Source: Alphaproteobacteria bacterium CG_4_10_14_0_8_um_filter_37_21 (GTDB lineage: Bacteria; Pseudomonadota; Alphaproteobacteria; Paracaedibacterales; UBA11393). From it: a DNA stretch of 55,366 bases. Below, piece by piece: positions 48,569 through 55,366 of this stretch. Below the pieces are notes generated by a model, which saw only the letters and a program-made list of their open reading frames with translations, did no database searches and was not told the origin of the DNA. The position numbers were made by a program, and so were the translations under genes. Location of the stretch: the NCBI GenBank assembly GCA_002791835.1, contig PFNE01000045.1:1-55366 (forward strand), read 5' to 3'. How positions within the stretch are numbered: position 1 is the first letter of the stretch; each line of letters begins with the position of its first letter.

Positions 48569-48650
48569 TTTTATCATTTTTAAAAAAGTGACATAATAAA
48601 AAATGTATCATATTCTTTATACAAATTCTAAGAAAAAACTGGATAAATGC

Positions 48651-49370
48651 ATGAATGTTTTTAATATTATTTTTCCTAATAGATGCTTAGGGTGCGGGAC
48701 AATGGAAATTGAAGAAGAAAGAGAATTTTGCCCCCCGTGCTGGTGTGATCTTACTTTTTTGAAAGCGCCCTACTGTTCATGTTGTGGGTTACCTTTTGAT
48801 TTTGAAGAAAGTACAGACTATAAGTCTGAAGTGTTATGCATGCATTGTGACAAAACGCCCCCGGCATATAACAAAGCACGCTGTATATTTGTGTATAATG
48901 ATATTATTAAAAAGCCTATTTTAGCCTTGAAACATTATGATAATACGCAATATGCCAAAACATTTGCCAAACTGATGGCCCGGATACAAAAAAAATTCTG
49001 CCAGGAAGTAGATATTATTGCACCTATCCCCTTACACTGGAAGCGTCTGATGTTAAGGCAATATAATCAAGCAGCCCTTGTTGCCAAACATTTAGGTAAT
49101 ATATTGGAAAAACCTGTTGATTATAAGCACTTAGTACGATCCGCCAATACAAAAAGCCAAGGCCAGCAATCCAGAAAAAGTCGTCAAGCTAATTTAGAAA
49201 ATGCATTTATTGTAAAAGAACTTTCATTTTTCAAAGATAAAAATATTTTACTTATTGATGATGTCATGACAACAGGCGCTACTTTAGAACAAGCTGCAAA
49301 AGCCTTAAAAATAGCTAGACCAAAAAGCATTAAGTGCCTTTCAATTGCACGCAGTGTTCTGGACTGCTAA
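48651..49370 (+). CDS. comF: ComF family protein (double zinc ribbon plus PRTase; start likely ATG at 48651)
   Basis: Four CxxC pairs, PIPLH..R...RQYNQA, LLIDDVMTTGAT. Confidence 0.93.
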   Translation: MNVFNIIFPNRCLGCGTMEIEEEREFCPPCWCDLTFLKAPYCSCCGLPFDFEESTDYKSEVLCMHCDKTPPAYNKARCIFVYNDIIKKPILALKHYDNTQYAKTFAKLMARIQKKFCQEVDIIAPIPLHWKRLMLRQYNQAALVAKHLGNILEKPVDYKHLVRSANTKSQGQQSRKSRQANLENAFIVKELSFFKDKNILLIDDVMTTGATLEQAAKALKIARPKSIKCLSIARSVLDC

Positions 49371-49462
49371 CAGGCTTATAACGTGTGTAGTGCGTTTTAT
49401 CTAGAAAAATTTGCTCAAAGTGCCAAATTTTAAAATAATATTACCTATAAGAAACTGCAATC

Positions 49463-50842
49463 TTAACCAACTTGCACAACCCGACAACCATTACCAACGC
49501 GCATACACTTTTTAAGCGCATTGTTTCTATTAGAAAAAGGCCCTATCAATAAACGGTATTTCTTTTTAACGCCCGCATCAACTGAACGTAAAATTGGCTT
49601 ATAATCGCCAAGCTCTGTTGTAAATTTTCGGCGAATTCGATCCCACTCATTTTTTGCAGATTTATCACTTGGTAGCAGACCACCAAGCTGCATGTAGTAC
49701 CCAACAGTTAAGGGCTTTGTTTCAACAACGTCATTTTTTTTCATCTTTTTTGGCGGTTCCACAAAATTAGTATCCAGGTCTACAACTCCCTGTTTATTAT
49801 CTTTAGATGCACTTGTTTGTTCTGCTATGTTTTTTTTCACCTCAGCAACTGACGGTATTGTTTCTTGTATAGGTTGCTCTATTTTTTCTTGCTGTTGTAT
49901 AGCAGGCTGTTGATGTGCTTGCGGCTGCTCAGTGGGTGCAAAATTTTCTTGCCTATATGGGACCTGATAATCCTCTGGGTGACTATATTGCGGCTGTTCT
50001 TGAACATGATAATTTTGCTGTTGTTGTCCGTATGCTTGTTGTTGATAATATTCTTGCTGCTGCATTTCTTCTTGTGTTGGGTAAGCATAATCTTGTGGCA
50101 AAATACGTTCTTGCTGCACCATTGTTTGTTGATGGGGTGTCAATCTATTATACACATGCATATCTTGATGTGGAAAATATTCACCGCCAGGATTTTCTGG
50201 CCTGTGCTTATATATACCTGTTTCTGCTTGAATGAGCGGAATATGTGTATTTTGTGGCTGTGTAGCAAAACGGTAACCCAACCATAAAATAACAGAGACG
50301 ACCATAAGTGCAAGAATTGTGAAGACAAACTTTATAGGTGACGCGCTATCATCATTATCCTCTGCCTCGTCATGATACGTATTTTCTGTATCTTCCTGCC
50401 AAAACGATAATCCTTTTAAATCTTCTTGCGGCAATCTCGCTGTGTTTTGAGGTGTGTAGTTATTATTATTTTGAATATTTCGTTGTTGAGGCTGCTGATG
50501 CATATTTTGGGGATATTGCTGATTTATTTGTGGCTGCTGCGGTGCACCATTGGCATTGAAGTATTGGTTTTGCTGGGGTTGCAGTGGCCCCTGTCCTGAG
50601 TATTGATTATATTGTGGGTAATGATACATCGGGCTATTTACAGGCGCCTGTTGTGCTGGCATATCTTTTCGTGGATCATGAAGTGGTCCTGTCATAGCAC
50701 GTGAATCGGAAGATTGTCTTTGCTGCTGACGCGGGTCAATAGCTGGTCTTCCACCTTGGGGCATAGCCATATAGGGTTCTGATTGCATGTTATGGATTTG
50801 ATTCTCATGTTCTTGCTTATCTGATCGTCTTTTAAATACCAT
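49463..50842 (-). CDS. SPOR-domain cell-division protein (FtsN-like; start likely ATG at 50842)
   Basis: Single TM, P.I.A...YK.RP..PGG motif, C-terminal SPOR domain (YYMQLG...YRLLIGPF...C...C); directly downstream of argS as in other alphaproteobacteria. Confidence 0.85.
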   Translation of the reverse strand: MVFKRRSDKQEHENQIHNMQSEPYMAMPQGGRPAIDPRQQQRQSSDSRAMTGPLHDPRKDMPAQQAPVNSPMYHYPQYNQYSGQGPLQPQQNQYFNANGAPQQPQINQQYPQNMHQQPQQRNIQNNNNYTPQNTARLPQEDLKGLSFWQEDTENTYHDEAEDNDDSASPIKFVFTILALMVVSVILWLGYRFATQPQNTHIPLIQAETGIYKHRPENPGGEYFPHQDMHVYNRLTPHQQTMVQQERILPQDYAYPTQEEMQQQEYYQQQAYGQQQQNYHVQEQPQYSHPEDYQVPYRQENFAPTEQPQAHQQPAIQQQEKIEQPIQETIPSVAEVKKNIAEQTSASKDNKQGVVDLDTNFVEPPKKMKKNDVVETKPLTVGYYMQLGGLLPSDKSAKNEWDRIRRKFTTELGDYKPILRSVDAGVKKKYRLLIGPFSNRNNALKKCMRVGNGCRVVQVG

Positions 50843-50843
50843 A

Positions 50844-52592
50844 TTAACGCATTTCCTCAACCGGTGTTATTCCTAATAATTTTAGCCCTGAAGAGAGCAC
50901 AGTGGCAACACCCGAAATGAGTGCAAGACGAGATAATGTTAGTTTTTCATTATTTTCATCAATAAACCTGAGCTGATTATTGCTTTTTCCAGCGTTCCAT
51001 AAACTATGGAACAAACCTGCTAAGTCATACAAATAGGTGCAAATTCTATGGGGTTCTATACAGCGTGCCGCAATTTCAATTTGTCTTGGGTATTCACAAG
51101 CTTTTTTTAATACAGCCATTTCCAACGGATCATTTATGTTACTAAAATCACTGCTTTTCAACACATCATCTGTTATTTTTTTATGAGCGTGGCGTAAAAC
51201 GGAATATATACGTGCATGTGCATATTGAATATAAAACATAGGATTATCTTTTGATTCTTCTATAACTTTTTTAAAATCAAAATCAATTGTCATGTCTTGA
51301 TGACGTGATACCATCATAAAACGTGTTGCTTCCGTGCCAACACGTTTCACGACATCTTCAATTGTAATAAAATTACCAGAACGTTTAGACATGCGAATAG
51401 GTGTTCCATTTTCCAAAAAATTAACAAGCTGAGATGCTTTCACTTCTAATAAATTTGGATTTCCAGAAATAGCAGAAACTGCAGATTTAAGACGTTTAAT
51501 ATACCCAATGTGATCACACCCAAAGATATTTAAAAGGTGATCAAAATTTCGTCTGTGCTTATGCAAATGGTAGGCAAGATCGCCTGCAAAATATGTCCAG
51601 CTTCCGTCTGATTTTTTCAAAGCACGATCAAAATCATCACCGTATTTTGTAGCCCTAAATAGGGTTTGCGGACGCTCTTCCCAATCAGCAGCATCATCAA
51701 GCATTTTAGGTTTTTCTAAAACTCCAGTATAAATATCGCCCTTAGCTGTTAAAATATTTAAAACTTCTTGAATTAAATTTTCTTCAACGATTGATTTTTC
51801 TGATGTATAAACATCCATCACGATACCAAGACGCTTCAAATCGGTTTGAATTTTTAACATCATGGCGCTTACAGAATCGTCTTGAAATAAAGCCAACCAT
51901 TTATTTTCAGGGGTATTCACAAATTTACGACCGTACTTTGCGTATAAATCTTTCGCAACAGGTATTAAATAATCACCGGGATATTTTCCTTGGTAAGCAT
52001 CGTCTTCAACACTTTCTCCACATTCGGTTAAATAGCGTAAATATACAGATTGCGCCAACGTTTTAACTTGCCCACCGGCATCATTAATATAGTACTCACG
52101 TGTGACATTATATCCAGATTTTTGCAAAAGCGAAGCAACCACATCACCAAGAACAGCATTGCGACCATGACCTGTATGCATAGGGCCTGTTGGGTTAGCG
52201 GATACAAATTCTACATTAATCGTTTTATTTGCCCCCAACGATAAATTTCCATAGGCTTCATTTTCACTTAAAATTGTAGCAAGCTCGTTTAGCCATAATT
52301 TTTTATTTAAAGTTATATTAATAAAACCTGGTCCTGCGCAATCTAATTTCATAAAATCAGTATCTGCACTTAAATGCTCTATCAACATTAAAGCTAATTT
52401 TTTAGGGGCAACTTTAAACGGCTTTGATAAAACCATGGCAGCATTCGTTGCCAAATCTCCATGTGCAGCATCTTTCGTCGGTTCAACAACGATTTTTTCA
52501 ACAAGGTGTTGAGGCAGTTCAATTCCCGCCCCGTTTGATAAGAGAGACAAAGCGCTTTGAATTTTTTCTTGAATCTTGATATAAATCGACAT
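50844..52592 (-). CDS. argS: Arginine--tRNA ligase
   Basis: HGDLATN, EFVSANPTGPMHTGHGR, MSKRSG, YIQYAHAR. Confidence 0.98.
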   Translation of the reverse strand: MSIYIKIQEKIQSALSLLSNGAGIELPQHLVEKIVVEPTKDAAHGDLATNAAMVLSKPFKVAPKKLALMLIEHLSADTDFMKLDCAGPGFINITLNKKLWLNELATILSENEAYGNLSLGANKTINVEFVSANPTGPMHTGHGRNAVLGDVVASLLQKSGYNVTREYYINDAGGQVKTLAQSVYLRYLTECGESVEDDAYQGKYPGDYLIPVAKDLYAKYGRKFVNTPENKWLALFQDDSVSAMMLKIQTDLKRLGIVMDVYTSEKSIVEENLIQEVLNILTAKGDIYTGVLEKPKMLDDAADWEERPQTLFRATKYGDDFDRALKKSDGSWTYFAGDLAYHLHKHRRNFDHLLNIFGCDHIGYIKRLKSAVSAISGNPNLLEVKASQLVNFLENGTPIRMSKRSGNFITIEDVVKRVGTEATRFMMVSRHQDMTIDFDFKKVIEESKDNPMFYIQYAHARIYSVLRHAHKKITDDVLKSSDFSNINDPLEMAVLKKACEYPRQIEIAARCIEPHRICTYLYDLAGLFHSLWNAGKSNNQLRFIDENNEKLTLSRLALISGVATVLSSGLKLLGITPVEEMR

Positions 52593-52704
52593 TTTTACTT
52601 AAATAAACAATGATATGAACTGTATTTTAGCCGATATTTTGATATTTGTCGATTTCATATTAAGGTATGACATAAATATTTTAAATACATAAAACTTATA
52701 TTTT

Positions 52705-52719
52705 TTAACTAAATTTTAA
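52705..52719. promoter_or_regulatory. CtrA-like box between argS-SPOR and topA
   Basis: TTAA-CTAAATT-TTAA. Confidence 0.35.
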
Positions 52720-52830
52720 GAAAAAGCTTGTTGAAATAGAAATATATTGCTAATAAAGATATTACGAAAGTGGTAAATCTAACGATTTATCGTCTGTACA
52801 ACATATTATATAAAGAAAATTGGAAACATT

Positions 52831-55221
52831 GTGAGTAAGAACGTTTGTATTGTGGAGTCCCCGGCAAAAATTGCAAGTGTGACAAAATATTTAGGTAAAG
52901 ATTTTACAGTACTAGCAAGTTATGGTCATATTCGCGACTTACCCTCTAAAAATGGATCTGTCGATCCTGATAACAATTTTTCCATGGTATGGGATTTTGG
53001 TGATCGCGGACAAAAAACACTTACAGCCATTGCAAAAGCAGTTAAGCAAGCCGATACATTATACCTTGCAACCGATCCTGATCGGGAAGGAGAAGCTATT
53101 TCATGGCATGTTTTAGATGCGCTAAATGTAAAAGGCGCCCTTAAAGGAAAAACAATCAAGCGTATTGTTTTTAATGAAATTACAAAAAATGCCGTACAAG
53201 CTGCTGTTGCAAAACCACGTGAAATTGATCAACAATTAGTCGATGCTTATTTGACACGTCGTGCACTAGACTATCTTGTTGGTTTCAATTTATCACCTGT
53301 TTTATGGCGTAAGCTTCCTGGCGCTAGATCTGCTGGACGCGTTCAATCTGTTGCACTGCGTTTAATTGTAGAGCGTGATGCAGAAATAGAACAGTTTAAC
53401 CCCCAGGAATATTGGACAATTGACGGGCAATTTTTAAACATTAAAGATAAAAAATATTCAGCGCGCTTAACGCACTTAGATGGTAAAAAATTAACCAAAT
53501 TTGATCTTAGCAATGAAAATATTTCACAAGCTGCAGTTAAAACAGCATTAGATCAAAATTACAGTGTTTCAAAGGTTGTTAAAAAGAAAACAAAACGCAA
53601 CCCCACCCCACCCTTTATTACATCAACAATGCAACAGGAAGCCGCCCGCAAACTTGGTTTTGGGGCAAAGCGCACCATGCAAACGGCACAAAAACTTTAT
53701 GAAGGTTTTACAATTGATGGTGAAAATGTTGGTTTAATAACTTATATGCGTACAGATAGCGTCAACCTATCTAATGATGCTTTAACAAATTTACGCAGCT
53801 TTATTGAACGTGTTTATGGCAATGATTACTTACCAAGCGACCCGCGTTTTTATAAAAGCAAAGTAAAGAACGCACAAGAAGCGCACGAAGCGATTCGTCC
53901 AACAGACATATCACGGACGCCAAAAGAAATGGAACGCTACCTTGATGAAGGGCAACTTAAGCTGTATACCCTTATTTGGAAACGTGCGATTGCCTGCCAA
54001 ATGGAATCAGCTACTTTTGATTCGGTTGCTGTTGATATTACATCGCAAGATAAAAAAATAGCATTTCGTGCCTCTGGTTCCACTATGGTATTTGATGGTT
54101 TCTTAAAAGTTTATCAAGAAGGTAAAGATGAAGGCGACGAAGAAGATGATGAAAAGCTTCTACCTCCACTTGCTGAGGGTGAAGTCGCTAAAGTAAATTC
54201 TATCACACCAGACCAACATTTTACACAACCACCCCCCCGTTTTTCAGAAGCTTCTCTTGTTAAAAAATTAGAAGAACTTGGTATTGGTCGCCCGTCAACT
54301 TACGCCAGCATCATCGGCGTTTTGCAAGAGCGCGATTATGTAAAATTAGACAAAAAACAATTTAAAGCAGAAGACCGCGGTCGTATTGTTATATCTTTCT
54401 TAAAAAATCATTTCACCCAGTACGTATCGTATGATTTTACAGCAAATCTAGAAGAGGAATTAGATGATATTTCTAATGGATCCTTAGACTGGCTAAAGGT
54501 CATGACTACTTTTTGGAAAGGGTTTAACAGCACTGTTACCAAGGCAATGGAACTCACCACAACAGAAGTTATTTATGAAATTGAAGAAGACTTAGCTTTC
54601 TATTTATTTAAAGGACAAACGAAAGAAGAACGTGTTTGTCCGTCTTGCAAAAAGGGTACAGTTAATCTTAAACTTTCTAAATTCGGCGCTTTCTTAGGTT
54701 GTTCGTTATACCCAGAATGTAATTATACAAAACGCCTTGTTGAAGGTGAGGGAGAAGAAGCAGAGGCTTCAGCGCAAACTTTTGAGCCGCAACTTCTTGG
54801 AAATGACCCGCAAACAGACCAAACAATACAATTAAAAAAAGGGCCATACGGATTTTACGCTGAGTGGAGTTTAATTGAGAAACAAAAAAAACCAAAACGC
54901 GTATCGATGCCAAAACACCTAACACCTGAAACTTTTACTTTAGATGCCGTATTAGAACTTGGAGCCCTACCAAAAGTTATTGGTGAACATGAAGCTTATG
55001 GTACAATTAAGATTGGTATTGGCCGTTTTGGACCGTACGTACAATATTCAGACGGTTTTGTATCAATCCCAAAGGCTGAGGAACCAATGACGCTTCCTTA
55101 TGACCGGGCAATTGAACTGGTCGTTGCAAAAATTGCAAAGGGCCCATCAAAACGAGGGGGCTTTAAAAAAAAGGCACCTATAGCAAAAAAGAAGGTAACA
55201 ACGGCGAAAAAAAGTAAATAG
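52831..55221 (+). CDS. topA: DNA topoisomerase I (type IA)
   Basis: IVESPAK, ATDPDREGE, SAGRVQS, GLITYMRTDS, one C4 zinc finger, Lys-rich tail. Confidence 0.98.
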   Translation: MSKNVCIVESPAKIASVTKYLGKDFTVLASYGHIRDLPSKNGSVDPDNNFSMVWDFGDRGQKTLTAIAKAVKQADTLYLATDPDREGEAISWHVLDALNVKGALKGKTIKRIVFNEITKNAVQAAVAKPREIDQQLVDAYLTRRALDYLVGFNLSPVLWRKLPGARSAGRVQSVALRLIVERDAEIEQFNPQEYWTIDGQFLNIKDKKYSARLTHLDGKKLTKFDLSNENISQAAVKTALDQNYSVSKVVKKKTKRNPTPPFITSTMQQEAARKLGFGAKRTMQTAQKLYEGFTIDGENVGLITYMRTDSVNLSNDALTNLRSFIERVYGNDYLPSDPRFYKSKVKNAQEAHEAIRPTDISRTPKEMERYLDEGQLKLYTLIWKRAIACQMESATFDSVAVDITSQDKKIAFRASGSTMVFDGFLKVYQEGKDEGDEEDDEKLLPPLAEGEVAKVNSITPDQHFTQPPPRFSEASLVKKLEELGIGRPSTYASIIGVLQERDYVKLDKKQFKAEDRGRIVISFLKNHFTQYVSYDFTANLEEELDDISNGSLDWLKVMTTFWKGFNSTVTKAMELTTTEVIYEIEEDLAFYLFKGQTKEERVCPSCKKGTVNLKLSKFGAFLGCSLYPECNYTKRLVEGEGEEAEASAQTFEPQLLGNDPQTDQTIQLKKGPYGFYAEWSLIEKQKKPKRVSMPKHLTPETFTLDAVLELGALPKVIGEHEAYGTIKIGIGRFGPYVQYSDGFVSIPKAEEPMTLPYDRAIELVVAKIAKGPSKRGGFKKKAPIAKKKVTTAKKSK

Positions 55222-55229
55222 ACAGCTTT

Positions 55230-55366
55230 TAGATAGTGTCGTCATGAGTTAAAATAAATGCTATTCTGCATTTAGTATTTTTTCACTGGTGCAGCTTTAT
55301 GGCACAAATACATAGACGTCACGACATTTCTGATAAGGCTTGGTTTCTTTTAGAGCCTCACCTTCC
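55230..55366 (+). mobile_element. Left end of an IS5-family insertion sequence (truncated by the window edge)
   Basis: Putative TA target plus terminal repeat GATAGTGTCGTCA (55232-55244), followed by a transposase start. Confidence 0.8.
55299..55366 (+). CDS. IS5-family transposase N-terminus (partial)
   Basis: MAQIHRRHDISDKAWFLLEPHL(P) matches the DUF4096-type IS5 N-terminal pattern R.DLSD..W..IEP.LP. Confidence 0.82.
   Translation, partial: MAQIHRRHDISDKAWFLLEPHL

Noticed and set aside
49865-50559. Cluster of overlapping Leu-rich ORFs opposite the SPOR gene
   Set aside because: An artefact of CAA/CAG (Gln) runs, which read as TTG/CTG on the other strand and lack stop codons.
425-54925. 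The many 60-160 aa ORFs antisense to or nested inside long genes (e.g. 14427-14903, 19951-20364, 13512-13844)
   Set aside because: They are shadows of well-supported genes on the opposite strand or another frame, with no motifs and no evident RBS.
1-55366. CRISPR array, prophage, integron, toxin-antitoxin or anti-phage defence locus
   Set aside because: I saw no regularly spaced direct repeats and no cas, integrase, phage structural or recognisable defence genes. SfsA and the patatin sit in housekeeping contexts.

Overview
AT-rich (roughly one-third GC by eye), gene-dense chromosomal segment of an alphaproteobacterium. Its gene content (MucR, alpha-type hemD-Mic60-hemY, argS-SPOR, fragmented operons, Sec-signal orphans) suggests a host-associated Holosporales/Rickettsiales-like organism; this placement is inference. 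Most of the window is housekeeping: lolC/E, plsC, rlmE, rpmI-rplT, amn, ftsY, tgt, surA, lptF, miaB-ybeY-corC, three tRNAs, sodB, mltA, murJ, PBP1A, glyQ, pheS, argS and topA. I see no CRISPR array, prophage or recognisable defence system, and no single self-contained novel system that the sequence alone proves. The best leads are: (1) a split flagellar export apparatus, with fliFGHN followed by an orphan and fliI translationally coupled to an esterase, downstream of a patatin; (2) recurrent CtrA-like TTAA-N7-TTAA boxes plus mucR; (3) an alphaproteobacterial Mic60/mitofilin locus; (4) a TGT with the GGSLG pocket expected of a queuine-salvaging enzyme; (5) several secreted orphans, two with acidic LIR/AIM-like motifs; (6) a probable lptG relic; and (7) an IS5-family element missed by the ORF track at the right edge.
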